Origin: Flavobacteriales bacterium
GTDB taxonomy: Bacteria > Bacteroidota > Bacteroidia > UBA10329
Direction of reading: 5' to 3'
Length of the DNA stretch: 64,000 nt
NCBI GenBank assembly: GCA_021739625.1
Contig: JAIPBJ010000006.1
Location: 5,334 to 69,333 of the forward strand
How positions within the stretch are numbered: the first letter of the stretch is position 1; the number at the start of each line of letters is the position of its first letter. Below are positions 29,001 through 38,786 of the stretch, piece after piece. A program made the translations under genes and the position numbers. The notes beneath the pieces were generated by a model. It made no database searches. It saw only the letters and a list, made by a program, of their open reading frames with translations, and had not been told where the DNA came from.

Positions 29001-29893
29001 CTGTCCGATGCGGCAGTCAGAACCACGTTGTCCGAACAATAATCTCCAGTTGGGGCTATGGTCAGCGAATTGAAGAAGTCGGTCTCATTGAGAATCAGAT
29101 TGTCAAAGTAGAAATAGGGGTAGCAGGCTCCACTGTAACCGGGGGGCAAGGCACATGGAGATCCGATGATGACCGCATTGATGTTCTGGGCAGGCGTAAA
29201 ATTGACAGTTATCAGATCCCAGGCCGCCACAGGCACATAGTTGGTGCTGCCTAGAATGACCCAATTGGCACTCGCCCCACTTGGACAGCCGTTCGTATTC
29301 ACTGGAAGTGTATTGCAGTTCGGACTTCCATAGATCACAATGTCGATAGGCTCGTAATTGATGGTGCCTCCATTGCAAACCCCGCCCTGTCCATCAATGG
29401 GCGTGGATGCGATGTCAAACGTGAGCTGGTAGTTGTTGCCTGCGGTCATGGTGCTGGACAGGCACGAGCCGACATATTCCTGCCATCCGGGCGAGAAAAT
29501 GGCACCGAGAATCCCGTTCCCGTCCGGAAAGGGCACAAGTCCTGCCGAAGTGGCCGCCCCAAAAACGAACCCACAGGTGTTCATGTAGTCAGAAGTTGGA
29601 GTGCTTGCCTGGATCCAACCCGAAGCGCAACTGACCTGACTATAGGAACTTGGGCAGCAGTTGGTCTGCTCGAACGATGCGTTGGGAATGAGCGAAGGGG
29701 CACTTGTGGTGTTGGAGAATCCTGTGCAGGCACACAGCGGGTCGTTCAGGTCGATAAGCCCATCGCCATTGTCATCAATACCATTGGCGCAATTCTCCTG
29801 AGCATGCAACAGAACAGGCAACAGCAGCACCAACAGTACGCCCCAAGCGGCCCGTCCATTGAAAAACCCATAGATCCGTTTATTCCGATTCAC
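26039..29893 (-). CDS. Giant secreted PKD-repeat adhesin-like protein with gliding-motility-associated (T9SS type-B) C-terminal domain
   Basis: Signal peptide; at least 8 PKD-like repeats each containing WxWDFGDG; C-terminal PNTFTPNSDAHNQTF...WDGTKNGHPVQQGVYVYMFNIVD matches the type-B CTD. Confidence 0.8.
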   Translation of the reverse strand: MNRNKRIYGFFNGRAAWGVLLVLLLPVLLHAQENCANGIDDNGDGLIDLNDPLCACTGFSNTTSAPSLIPNASFEQTNCCPSSYSQVSCASGWIQASTPTSDYMNTCGFVFGAATSAGLVPFPDGNGILGAIFSPGWQEYVGSCLSSTMTAGNNYQLTFDIASTPIDGQGGVCNGGTINYEPIDIVIYGSPNCNTLPVNTNGCPSGASANWVILGSTNYVPVAAWDLITVNFTPAQNINAVIIGSPCALPPGYSGACYPYFYFDNLILNETDFFNSLTIAPTGDYCSDNVVLTAASDSAGGTWQWFREGVALVGQTNAVLNVSANNFGTGTFQARYTLGSQCEVTDILLEEETVTAEFTFTLECQGTATSFTDAASITAGVIDTWQWDFDNGGATSTSQNPSHIFTAGGIYDVELTASLGVCSHSVTHQVEVYYNPVADFIATEVCLNDPNDLSDRSTTLSGVINTWEWDLDDLTQAVTQDVLHTYGTSGTYNVELTVNTDLGCEGQAILPVIVHAPPVADFSVQQACEGLASAFSDQSSHPDGIVQWAWDFGDGGSSAQQNPNYIYTISGTYDARLISFTPFGCSDTIVHQVTVYPSPQPGFVNDTVCAELFTGFTDTSVVSSGSIVGWSWSFGDGGSSVQQDPTHIFQPGGNYQVQLTTTTDEGCVDLVVRTVVVHPKPDADFGFTDECLNDASQFTDQSMVAAGSSVVQWEWDFDDGGTSSAQDTAYIYTSSGSFDVTLMVETDNGCRDTVTHAAEVFDLPVALFAVNDVCLYDPAVFVNGSTVPSGTIEQNLWDLDDGTLMDATAPGPYYFGTHGIYDVELIVVSDHGCRDTMYHALEIFAVPVASFTFDTVCFPLPTSFTDLSTLAGSDLITGWDWRFGDANINTVDQHPVHYYDSWGDYEITLTVTSENGCMHDTVIGPARVHPKPAAMFSDNIANCHQDSTAFGDLSTLDNYPNDSLVQWSWQFGDGNLSTIPDPVHLYNDEGFYDVTFAVISNHGCVDTVTHAVEIYPLPRVAFTVDTTRGCQPFLVQFLDQTTIPVPYSLASWQWDFGDGTDSVYGQFPVNIYHTDTLGPFDEGVFTVSLVVTSGNGCISSATYQDYITEYPKPDAWFDVDPRRAELLFARMRVTDLSSPNISSWTYDLGDGTWYDIQHVTHNYQDTGTFTITQYVSTQFGCMDTAQTVVIVDPEYYFYIPNTFTPNSDAHNQTFYGTGVGVASYQMVIFDRWGSQIFESGDMEFPWDGTKNGHPVQQGVYVYMFNIVDIKGEPHHYVGHVNLMR

Positions 29894-29996
29894 GATCGGC
29901 CAAGTTAGAAATTGCCTTGAAGGTTGTGCATGACCTTGACGATGAATGCAGGAGCAAGTTGCCGTGCCCCATAGTTCTACCTACTACTTTCGTCCC

Positions 29997-31229
29997 ATGT
30001 CAAAAAACGTGGCAGTGGTCGGTGGCGGAGCAGCCGGATTTTTCGCGGCCATCACCTGCAAACAGCAATGCCCGAAGGCATCGGTGATCATTCTGGAAAA
30101 ATCAGACAAGGTGCTGGCCAAGGTGAAGGTGTCGGGCGGTGGGCGATGCAATGTCACCACCTCGGTGACTGACATTTCAGCACTCATCACTAATTATCCC
30201 AGAGGGGGAAAGCGGCTTCGCAAGTGCTTCTCTCAATTCGGACCCTCGGATACGGTGAAATGGTTTGCAGCAGGCGGTGTCCGACTGAAGACCGAGCCTG
30301 ATGGCCGCATGTTCCCTGTCACCGACTCATCGCAGACCATTATCGACTGTCTGATGGGCGAGGTGCATCGGCTGGGCATCATTATCAGAAAGCAGGCAAC
30401 CGTGAGCAGGATCATTCTCAATGAGAATGAATTTGAATTGAATTGCGGGAATGCCGGCCTCGTCAGGGCCGATCGCGTCATCATCACAGCAGGCGGAAGT
30501 CCAAAGACCGATGCATACCGCTGGTTGGAGGAATTGGGCCACACCATTGAATCGCCCGTGTCTTCACTTTTCACCTTCAACATGCCCGATGAGGACATCA
30601 CCGCACTGATGGGCGTGGTGGCAGACCCTGTGTCGGTGCGTATCCAAGGCACAAAACTGCAAAGTGGGGGTCCGCTGCTCATCACGCACTGGGGCATGAG
30701 CGGCCCGGCCATTCTCAAGCTCTCGGCTTTCGGAGCACGGATATTGAATGGGATGGACTATGCATTCCGTGTGCAGGTGAACTGGTTGAATGACTTGACC
30801 GAAGAACATGTGCGCCTTATGGTAGAGGCCCATCGCACGGCACACCCAGAAAAACAGGTCGGCAATGGCAACCCTACGAAGCTGCCTTCCAGACTATGGC
30901 TATTTCTGGTGGCAAAGGCAGGAATTTCAGAAACTTCCCGCTGGTCAGACATTCAAGGCAGGCCAATGAATCGGCTCATCAACGTGCTGGTGAACGATGC
31001 GTATGCTGCCAAAGGCAAGACCACCTTCAAAGAGGAGTTCGTGACCTGTGGCGGGGTGTCGCTCGAAGATGTGAATCTGGAAACGATGGAAAGCCGTGTC
31101 TGCCGAGGGCTCTACTTCGCTGGCGAAGTCCTGGACGTGGACGGAATCACAGGCGGATTCAACTTTCAGGCCGCATGGACCACCGGATTCATCGGTGGGC
31201 GCGCCTGCGCTGCTTCTCTTTCAGAATAA
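29997..31229 (+). CDS. HI0933/BaiN-family FAD-dependent oxidoreductase (aminoacetone-oxidase-like flavoprotein)
   Basis: Rossmann GxGxxG at start (VAVVGGGAAGFFAAI), GGGRCNVT motif, ~410 aa. Confidence 0.75.
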   Translation: MSKNVAVVGGGAAGFFAAITCKQQCPKASVIILEKSDKVLAKVKVSGGGRCNVTTSVTDISALITNYPRGGKRLRKCFSQFGPSDTVKWFAAGGVRLKTEPDGRMFPVTDSSQTIIDCLMGEVHRLGIIIRKQATVSRIILNENEFELNCGNAGLVRADRVIITAGGSPKTDAYRWLEELGHTIESPVSSLFTFNMPDEDITALMGVVADPVSVRIQGTKLQSGGPLLITHWGMSGPAILKLSAFGARILNGMDYAFRVQVNWLNDLTEEHVRLMVEAHRTAHPEKQVGNGNPTKLPSRLWLFLVAKAGISETSRWSDIQGRPMNRLINVLVNDAYAAKGKTTFKEEFVTCGGVSLEDVNLETMESRVCRGLYFAGEVLDVDGITGGFNFQAAWTTGFIGGRACAASLSE

Positions 31230-32358
31230 GGGAAAGCTCGCGGCCCACCTGCCCGGCCACAGAGGTGTTCTCCTCGGCCCTGCGGATGAGATAGGGCATC
31301 ACCAGCCGAACAGGGCCATAAGGCACATACTTCACCACATTGTAGCCTGCATGGCCGAGGTTGAAACTGATGTTGTCGCTCATGCCGTAAAGCTGAGCTG
31401 AGAAGACCCGCCTGTCATCCCTCGCGATACCCTGCTCCTGCAACAGCCTGATGAGATGGTGCGAGCTGGCCTCGTTGTGTGTTCCCGACATGAGACAGAT
31501 GCTGTCCAGATGCTTCACGCAATAATCGAGTGCCGCATCGTAGGCCACATCGGTCTCCTCCTTGGTCGGGTGGATGGGAGATGGATAGCCCTTTTTGGCC
31601 GCACGCTCGCGCTCCTGCTCCATGTAGGCCCCGCGCACCAGTTTGGCCCCGAGCAGATATCCCCTCTGCATGGCGCGCCCGTGGCTTTCCTTCAGAAAGT
31701 CCAAACGGTCTGAACAGTACATCTGAAAGGTGTTGTAAACCATCACCTCCCCGTGGTTGAACTCCTCCATGAGGTCGGTGACAAACCCGTCCACGGCAGC
31801 ATGGAGCCAGGTCTCCTCTGAGTCCACCAGCACCGGGACCCGATGTTCGGCCGCTGCAACTGCGATACCCCGGACACGTGCCATGCCCCGGTCATAAGCA
31901 GTCTGTTCACCGGGTCTCAGCTTTGTCCCACTGCTCACCTTCTCCAAAAGCACGCCATTCACGATGCCCGTAGGTTTGAACACCGCAAAGGGAATGCGTC
32001 TGTCGGTCGTGGCACGGACGATGGTCTTGACAACCTCGGCTGCTGCACGGTCAAAGTCGGCCTCGCTGTCCGTGCCTTCGGCAGAATAGTCGAGCAGGGT
32101 ATGCACCCCACCGGCATGGAGGCGTTGGACAGTCTGCTCACAGTCGGCCACGCTCTCGCCTCCACAGAAATGATTGAACACTGTGCTGCGGATGATGCCA
32201 GTGACCGGCAGTTGGAGCGACAGGGCCATTTTCAGCACCGATTGGCCCATCTTGACCATTGTTGGACTGCCCACCATCCGAAAAAGAAGTTCGGCACGGC
32301 TCAGTTCAGCATCGCTGCGGTCGGCAAAGGCGATGGCGGTGTTATCGAAGGCTACCAT
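31189..32358 (-). CDS. Proline dehydrogenase (monofunctional PutA-like)
   Basis: PRODH TIM-barrel pattern; 41-nt convergent 3' overlap with the flavoprotein gene. Confidence 0.75.
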   Translation of the reverse strand: MVAFDNTAIAFADRSDAELSRAELLFRMVGSPTMVKMGQSVLKMALSLQLPVTGIIRSTVFNHFCGGESVADCEQTVQRLHAGGVHTLLDYSAEGTDSEADFDRAAAEVVKTIVRATTDRRIPFAVFKPTGIVNGVLLEKVSSGTKLRPGEQTAYDRGMARVRGIAVAAAEHRVPVLVDSEETWLHAAVDGFVTDLMEEFNHGEVMVYNTFQMYCSDRLDFLKESHGRAMQRGYLLGAKLVRGAYMEQERERAAKKGYPSPIHPTKEETDVAYDAALDYCVKHLDSICLMSGTHNEASSHHLIRLLQEQGIARDDRRVFSAQLYGMSDNISFNLGHAGYNVVKYVPYGPVRLVMPYLIRRAEENTSVAGQVGRELSLILKEKQRRRAHR

Positions 32359-32566
32359 GCTTGGAAATGAAGCGGCAAATATAGGTGGGCAACAATCTGT
32401 AGCGCAGATTCACCTGTCAGCAATGCCGCGCCCATGATCTTCTATACCAAGGATGCGAAGTTCAGAACACGGTCATACTTAAAAATGATCAAAATCATCC
32501 GAACTCATGACTTCGGACTAAAAAGTCCGAAGTTTTGCACGCAACTTTGCCCTCACAAGCCACGCC

Positions 32567-33016
32567 ATGTTCTTCTCCAAGACCTGCGAATACGCAATCA
32601 AGATCATGATTCATCTGAAGGTGGAATTTCAGGACGGTCAACGGTTGGGGCTGAAGGGCATTTCAACGGAAACAGAATCACCGGAACCTTTCACCGCAAA
32701 GATTCTGCAGCAGTTGGTGCGCCATGGGCTGGTAGAATCTATGCGCGGGCCGAATGGCGGATTTGCCATCAGAGATCCAAAATCGGAACTCAATCTGCTT
32801 CAGGTGGTCAGGGCCATCGATGGAGATGGCATCATCTGCAAATGTGTCCTGGGCCTTGAAGAATGCTCCAATGAGAATCCATGTGCGGCCCATGACCAGT
32901 TTGTGGAAGTGCGCAATCACTTGGCCCATGCGCTCTCATCCACCACAGTGAACCAAGTCGCGGTAGGCGTTCGGAATAATCAGAGACTATTGAAAAGAAG
33001 ACCGGTTGCTCACTGA
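32567..33016 (+). CDS. Rrf2-family transcriptional regulator (NsrR/IscR-like)
   Basis: Rrf2 wHTH N-terminus (MFFSKTCEYAIKIMIHL) and C-terminal Cys cluster (C..C.....C) typical of Fe-S Rrf2 sensors; immediately upstream of the nos cluster. Confidence 0.8.
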   Translation: MFFSKTCEYAIKIMIHLKVEFQDGQRLGLKGISTETESPEPFTAKILQQLVRHGLVESMRGPNGGFAIRDPKSELNLLQVVRAIDGDGIICKCVLGLEECSNENPCAAHDQFVEVRNHLAHALSSTTVNQVAVGVRNNQRLLKRRPVAH

Positions 33017-33067
33017 CATTTCTAACATCTCCTTAATAACGGATTTCCTTATCGTTTATTCTTTTGC

Positions 33068-34477
33068 ATGATGCCCGTTCAGTCCAAATATCCCATTGCG
33101 CAAGCCCGCTATTGGGGGTTTCAGGGAAATTCCGCGACTGAACCTCATCAGAACAGCGTATTCAGGAATGCGAAAGCAACTGGCGAAAGCGTTGATGACC
33201 AAGCGGATTCAAAAAGCTTATTCACCTCTGCATTCATACATGGTTGGCTTAGGGCGGCCGTGCTGTTCTTTCTCGTGGCCTCCATTTTCGGACTCACGAT
33301 GCGCTACCTGTTCGTGGGCGAGCTGCCCCTCGTCACCTACAAACATCTTCTGCACGCACACTCGCATGTGGCCCTTATGGGATGGGCCTATATGCTCATG
33401 AGCGGGGCACTGCTGTTCCTTTTCATTCAGCGCACCGAAAGGTCATGGCTCTACCGGGTCATATTCATTTTGAACGTAGTGTCTGCGGCCGGCATGGCAC
33501 TTTCCTTCCCTGTACAGGGCTATGGGCCTGTGAGCATCACCTTCAGCACCTTGCACCTCTTCACGGTCTATGTGTTCGCCTATCAGTTCCTGCACGACCT
33601 GCGCAACTCCAAGCAGGGCGATGCCGCCCGGTTTGCACGATGGAGCATTTACTGGCTAGTGCTGTCCACGGTCGGGCTTTGGGCCATTGCCCCTGTTGCT
33701 TCAATTCTAGGAAAACTGCACCCGCTCTATTTCATGTGCATCCAGTTCTTTCTTCATTTCCAACTTAACGGTTGGCTCACATTCGCGGTGCTCGCCCTGT
33801 TGGTCCAATATGTTCAAAGGGACAGCCCGGGTGTCTCCATGTCGAAGACCGGGTTCTGGATACTGCAAGTGTCGCTTCTGCTTACCTATACACTAAGTGT
33901 GACCTGGAGCAATCCGATACCGGCACTGTTCTACATCAACAGTTTCGGAGTGGTGCTTCAGGGCCTGGCCTTCCTGATCCTGTTGTGGCCCCTCCGCTCG
34001 TTGCCATCTCTTTCGTGGAAAGATGCCGACTGGAGGAAGTGGCTGCTGCTTGCAGGAGTGGCCTGCATCATCCTCAAGGTGTTGGTGCATGTGGCTGTGG
34101 CGCTCCCAGTTGTGGCAGAGATCTCCTATACCATTAAGAATTTCGTGATAGGGTTCATTCACCTGGTGGTGATAGGGAGTGCCAGTCTATCTGCGGCAGG
34201 CATCATGCTCAACCGCGACCTTATCCCTTCAGACCGATGGTCGCGATACGGGTGGCAGTTGCTGCTTTCGGCATTCCTTCTCACCGAGGTCATGCTTATG
34301 GGACAGGGGCTGCTGCTGTGGATGGAATTGGGATTCGTTCCTCATTACCATCTCATCCTATTCTCTGTGTCAGCCATCTTCCCGGTCGCCCTGCTCATCG
34401 TCCTGTCAGGCTTTTGGCGAAAACAGGATTCTGAGCCGGTCCTGCAAACAGTAATATCTCAACCAACAATCAGATAA
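33068..34477 (+). CDS. Polytopic membrane protein, NnrS-like (putative NO-responsive haem/copper membrane protein); family uncertain
   Basis: ~12 predicted TM helices with conserved His clusters in TM segments (HLLHAHSHVALMGW; HLVVIG); position between Rrf2 regulator and nos genes. Confidence 0.4.
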   Translation: MMPVQSKYPIAQARYWGFQGNSATEPHQNSVFRNAKATGESVDDQADSKSLFTSAFIHGWLRAAVLFFLVASIFGLTMRYLFVGELPLVTYKHLLHAHSHVALMGWAYMLMSGALLFLFIQRTERSWLYRVIFILNVVSAAGMALSFPVQGYGPVSITFSTLHLFTVYVFAYQFLHDLRNSKQGDAARFARWSIYWLVLSTVGLWAIAPVASILGKLHPLYFMCIQFFLHFQLNGWLTFAVLALLVQYVQRDSPGVSMSKTGFWILQVSLLLTYTLSVTWSNPIPALFYINSFGVVLQGLAFLILLWPLRSLPSLSWKDADWRKWLLLAGVACIILKVLVHVAVALPVVAEISYTIKNFVIGFIHLVVIGSASLSAAGIMLNRDLIPSDRWSRYGWQLLLSAFLLTEVMLMGQGLLLWMELGFVPHYHLILFSVSAIFPVALLIVLSGFWRKQDSEPVLQTVISQPTIR

Positions 34478-34509
34478 AACAAGTCACTAACCCGAAAAAC
34501 CAGACCACC

Positions 34510-35001
34510 ATGAACAAAGTCATTCTTTCAATCACACTGATTTCAATGGGCCTCATCATCTCCTGCGGAGGTGGCGACACCACTGCACCGAATGCCGCAG
34601 AGACTGCGGTCACCGAAGCACCCAAGGCAGACCCGAAAGGCATTGGCGCCATCACCAGTGTCACACTCACCGATCCGATGGAACAGTCCATGATAGCCAG
34701 CGGCAAGGCCATCTATGAGATGAAATGTTCCGCATGCCACAAGCTGGACGGGATGCGCGTGGTAGGGCCCGGTTTCTCGGGCATCACCAACAGGAGGAGA
34801 CCTGAATGGGTCATGAACATGATCACCAACACAGAGGTGATGTTAGAGAAGGATCCCGCAGCACAGGCGCTGTTGGAGGAATGTCTGATGCGCATGCCCA
34901 ACCAGAATCTATCGACAGGGGATGCGCGCGATGTGCTCGAGTTCATGCGCAAGAACGATGAGGACACCGCAGGCAAGAAGGACGGTGCCGTGAACAGTTG
35001 A
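34510..35001 (+). CDS. Class I c-type cytochrome lipoprotein (probable electron donor to NosZ)
   Basis: Lipoprotein signal (LISMGLIISCGG) and a single haem-binding CSACH motif plus distal Met region. Confidence 0.75.
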   Translation: MNKVILSITLISMGLIISCGGGDTTAPNAAETAVTEAPKADPKGIGAITSVTLTDPMEQSMIASGKAIYEMKCSACHKLDGMRVVGPGFSGITNRRRPEWVMNMITNTEVMLEKDPAAQALLEECLMRMPNQNLSTGDARDVLEFMRKNDEDTAGKKDGAVNS

Positions 35002-35048
35002 ACAAACAAGAACCTTTCAATCAGTCAATTAACCAACCCGTAGAAATC

Positions 35049-35603
35049 ATGAAAAAACAGATGAAACAATTGCTTGTGATCGGGCTTGGCGGCCTGATGT
35101 GGACTGCCTGTGGCCAGCCTCAGGGCGACAGTGCATCTGAGGTCGCAGATGCCGCAGATGCACCCGGACAATCTGCAGTGCAAGATGAATACTCAAGGCC
35201 CAATGTGGTGCAGGTCGCGGTGAGCTCAGCCGACCACTCCACGCTGGTTACAGCAGTGACCACCGCAGGACTGGTGGACGTGCTCTCCAATGTAGGCCCA
35301 TTCACCGTGTTCGCCCCGGTGAACGATGCCTTTGCCGCCCTGCCCGCAGGAACTGTTGAGTCGCTTCTCAAGCCTGAGAACAAGGCACAACTGACGGACA
35401 TTCTTGAATATCACGTGTATGTGGGTGTCATCCGGACCAATCTGATGCGTGACGGAATGACCCTCAACCAAGTGAACAGCAAGAACGTGACCATCACCAA
35501 GGACGGTGACAGGTTTAAGGTGAACAACGCCAACATCATCGCCTCTATCGATGCTGCGAACGGTGTGATCCATGTGATCGATGCCGTGCTCCTCCCGCAA
35601 TAA
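35049..35603 (+). CDS. Fasciclin (FAS1) domain protein, secreted/lipoprotein
   Basis: FAS1 conserved blocks (TVFAPVNDAF...LEYHV...GVIHVIDAVLLP). Confidence 0.8.
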   Translation: MKKQMKQLLVIGLGGLMWTACGQPQGDSASEVADAADAPGQSAVQDEYSRPNVVQVAVSSADHSTLVTAVTTAGLVDVLSNVGPFTVFAPVNDAFAALPAGTVESLLKPENKAQLTDILEYHVYVGVIRTNLMRDGMTLNQVNSKNVTITKDGDRFKVNNANIIASIDAANGVIHVIDAVLLPQ

Positions 35604-35643
35604 TCCAACCATCAACCAACCACTGAATCAATCGACAGAAATC

Positions 35644-37623
35644 ATGAAAAAATCAAGCTTTTTCCAATTGGGGACGGCCGTTGCCGCTGCGGTGGTCATC
35701 GGGCTCTTCCCCGGGTGCAAGCCTAAGGCCCCTGGTCAGGTGGGCGTGGGCGATGCCGCCACGAAAACGTATGTTGCCCCAGGGCAGTACGATGAATTCT
35801 ACAACATCGTCTCAGGAGGATTCAATGGACAGATGAGCGTGGTGGGACTTCCATCAGGCCGGGTGTTCCGAATCGTGCCTGTGTTCTCTGTGAATCCGGA
35901 GAGCGGGTATGGCTACAGCGAAGAATCGAAGGCGATGTTGAACACTTCGTTCGGTTTTGTTCCATGGGATGACCTTCACCATATTGCCCTGTCCACCACC
36001 AAAGGCGAGCATGATGGCCGCTGGGCGTTCGGCAATGCCAACAATACGCCCCGAGTGGCCCGTGTTGACCTCACCACGTTCGAGACCACAGAGATCATTG
36101 AGCTGCCTAACAGCGGAGGCAATCACTCTTCGCCATTCATCACTGAGAACTCTGAGTATGTGGTGGCCAGCAGCCGATTCTCCGTGCCGATCGGCACGGA
36201 CGCACAGCGCGATGTGCCTATCAATACCTACAAAGAGAATTTCAAAGGCACTGTGAGCTTTATCAGCGTTGACACTGAGGGCGGAATGAAACTGGCTTTC
36301 CAGCTGGTGGCTCCACCTGTGAACTTCGACCTTGCGCGCTCGGGCAAAGGCAAATCTCATGGTTGGTTCTTCTTCTCGTGCTACAACACAGAGGCCGCCT
36401 ACTCGCTTCTTGAAGTGAACGCATCACAGAAGGACAAGGACTATATCATGGCACTGAACTGGAAGAAGGCCGAGGAGTATATCAAAGAGGGCAAAGGAAC
36501 GATGACCAAGGCGCGCTATGCCCACAACAAGATGGACCATCACTCATTCACAGCCACATCCACCATACTTGAAGAGGTGTTGCAATTGGACCCATCGGTG
36601 CTCAAGGACATCATCTACTTCATACCATGCCCGAAGTCTCCTCACGGCTGTGACGTTGACCCATCGGGCGAGTATATCGTTGGAAGCGGCAAGTTGGCCG
36701 CGCAGATTCCCGTGTTCTCTTTCACCAAACTGATGAAGGCCATAGAAGACAAGGATTTCGAGGGCGACTATGCGGGTCATCCTGTGGTACGATACGAATC
36801 GGCCCTCCACGGCATTGTTGAGAAGCCGGGCCTCGGGCCGCTCCACACAGAATTTGACGGAAAAGGCAATGCCTACACGTCCATGTTCGTTTCCTCTGAA
36901 GTGGTGAAATGGGACATCGCCACCCTGCAGGTGCTGGACCGGATTCCGACCTACTACTCTGTGGGTCACATCTGCATCCCTGGCGGCCCGACTGCCAAGC
37001 CTCATGGAAAATATCTGATCGCCTACAACAAGATCACCAAGGACCGCTATCTGCCCACCGGGCCCGAGCTGTGCCATGCCGCCCAGCTCTATGACATCTC
37101 TGGTGACAAGATGAAACTGCTGCTCGACTTCCCGACCATCGGTGAGCCGCACTATGCCGAAGCACTTCCTGCGAGCCTGATCAAAGACAAGCAGGTGACG
37201 TTCTACAAGCTGGAGGAGAACACCCACCCTTATGCCGCCAAAGGCGAAGGCGAGGCCAAAGTGGTGCGCAAAGGCAAAGAGATCCATGTTTACATGACCT
37301 CGATCCGCTCGCACTTCTCGCCCGACAACATTGAGGGTGTGAAGATCGGAGACGAGGTGTATTTCCACGTGACCAACTTGGAGCAGGACTGGGATGTGCC
37401 GCATGGATTTGCCATCCGTGGTGCGAAAACTGCTGAGACGCTGATCATGCCGGGTGCCACGCAGACTTTGAAATGGGTTCCTGAGCGCGTAGGCGTAGTT
37501 CCTTTCTACTGCACAGACTTCTGCTCTGCCCTTCATCAGGAGATGCAGGGTTATATCCGGATATCTCCGGCCAACAGCAATGTGGAGCTGAAATACTCTC
37601 TGGGCGAAACAAGCCCACAGTAG
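35644..37623 (+). CDS. nosZ: Nitrous-oxide reductase NosZ, Sec-dependent (clade II / atypical) type
   Basis: Seven-bladed propeller CuZ-site His ladder and C-terminal cupredoxin CuA motif (H..C..FCSALHQEMQGY). The signal peptide lacks a twin-arginine motif and has a lipobox-like LFPGCK, as expected for clade II NosZ. Confidence 0.9.
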   Translation: MKKSSFFQLGTAVAAAVVIGLFPGCKPKAPGQVGVGDAATKTYVAPGQYDEFYNIVSGGFNGQMSVVGLPSGRVFRIVPVFSVNPESGYGYSEESKAMLNTSFGFVPWDDLHHIALSTTKGEHDGRWAFGNANNTPRVARVDLTTFETTEIIELPNSGGNHSSPFITENSEYVVASSRFSVPIGTDAQRDVPINTYKENFKGTVSFISVDTEGGMKLAFQLVAPPVNFDLARSGKGKSHGWFFFSCYNTEAAYSLLEVNASQKDKDYIMALNWKKAEEYIKEGKGTMTKARYAHNKMDHHSFTATSTILEEVLQLDPSVLKDIIYFIPCPKSPHGCDVDPSGEYIVGSGKLAAQIPVFSFTKLMKAIEDKDFEGDYAGHPVVRYESALHGIVEKPGLGPLHTEFDGKGNAYTSMFVSSEVVKWDIATLQVLDRIPTYYSVGHICIPGGPTAKPHGKYLIAYNKITKDRYLPTGPELCHAAQLYDISGDKMKLLLDFPTIGEPHYAEALPASLIKDKQVTFYKLEENTHPYAAKGEGEAKVVRKGKEIHVYMTSIRSHFSPDNIEGVKIGDEVYFHVTNLEQDWDVPHGFAIRGAKTAETLIMPGATQTLKWVPERVGVVPFYCTDFCSALHQEMQGYIRISPANSNVELKYSLGETSPQ

Positions 37624-37767
37624 CAGGCTCCCGGCCGGCACAGGTTGGGTCAGATTGCAACAACAACGGCCTTGCCGGCCACTTTCTGCCGATGAACGGT
37701 CGGGAATGCACAGGCGTTCCCGACCGGACAACGGTCTCACTGAACCAATGAACAAATACCCTAAGAG

Positions 37768-38343
37768 ATGAAGAAGTTGCTGCCAACTTCCAGGATTGCC
37801 ATTGCTATTGCATCACTGCTTCTCGCCATCACTTTCTTCACTCCCGTCTGGTATATCTGGATGTGGGCACCGCAATATCCTGAAGGACTGAGCCTGTACA
37901 TCTGGCTCAACAACATTACCGGTGATGTGGACATCATCAACGGCCTGAATCACTACATCGGGATGAAGCACATCAAGGTGGAGATGTTCCCCGAATTCGA
38001 GGTGATGCCCGCCATTGTAGGAGGTATAATGGCATTCGGCCTGCTGACCGCGCTGGTGGGCAGACGGTGGCTGCTATGGGCATTCCTGTTGACATTCATC
38101 GCCATCGGCATTGCGGGGATGGTGGATTTTTGGATGTGGGGCTATGACTATGGCCACAACCTCGACCCCACTGCGGCCATCAAAGTGCCGGGCATGGCCT
38201 ATCAGCCACCTTTGATCGGCAGTAAGGAACTTTTGAATTTCATCGCCTACTCCGCTCCCGACATCGGGGGCTGGATGTTCATCTCGACCGGGCTGCTAAC
38301 TGTTTCGGCCTTGGTCTTTGACATCGTCAGAAACAAACGATAG
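37768..38343 (+). CDS. Four-TM membrane protein directly downstream of nosZ (NosB-like)
   Basis: Four hydrophobic helices; the gene order nosZ-then-small-TM-protein is characteristic of clade II nos clusters. Confidence 0.5.
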   Translation: MKKLLPTSRIAIAIASLLLAITFFTPVWYIWMWAPQYPEGLSLYIWLNNITGDVDIINGLNHYIGMKHIKVEMFPEFEVMPAIVGGIMAFGLLTALVGRRWLLWAFLLTFIAIGIAGMVDFWMWGYDYGHNLDPTAAIKVPGMAYQPPLIGSKELLNFIAYSAPDIGGWMFISTGLLTVSALVFDIVRNKR

Positions 38344-38345
38344 AC

Positions 38346-38786
38346 ATGAAGAACCCCCTCATCATCATCGCACTGCTGGCCTCAACGCTGGTGTTTTCGT
38401 GCAACGTGGAGCCAGAGCCTATCAACTATGGCAAGGATGCCTGCGACCATTGCCGCATGACCATCATGGATCCCAAGTTCGGGGCAGAACTGGTCACGGC
38501 AAAAGGCAAGGTGTATAAGTTTGACGATGTGAACTGCATGGTCAACCACGCCAAGGGGCTTGCGGAAGGACTGTCGGGTGCCGCGCACATACTGGTGACC
38601 GACATGCAACAGCCTGCCACACTGATCGCTGTCGGATCGGCATTCTTCCTGCGGTCTGATGAGGTGCGCAGCCCCATGGGAAGCCGGGTGGCCGCATTCT
38701 CGGAACAATCCGTGCGCGACAGTCGACTTGAAATGTGGGGAGGGACGGCACTTGATTGGAACGAAACAAAAAACATCTTCGAATGA
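38346..38786 (+). CDS. nosL: Copper chaperone lipoprotein NosL
   Basis: Lipobox (LVFSCN) and the NosL copper-binding signature DACDHCRM...DDVNCMVNH. Confidence 0.8.
   Translation: MKNPLIIIALLASTLVFSCNVEPEPINYGKDACDHCRMTIMDPKFGAELVTAKGKVYKFDDVNCMVNHAKGLAEGLSGAAHILVTDMQQPATLIAVGSAFFLRSDEVRSPMGSRVAAFSEQSVRDSRLEMWGGTALDWNETKNIFE

Noticed and set aside
31843-32370. 175-aa plus-strand ORF
   Set aside because: Antisense to the proline dehydrogenase gene.
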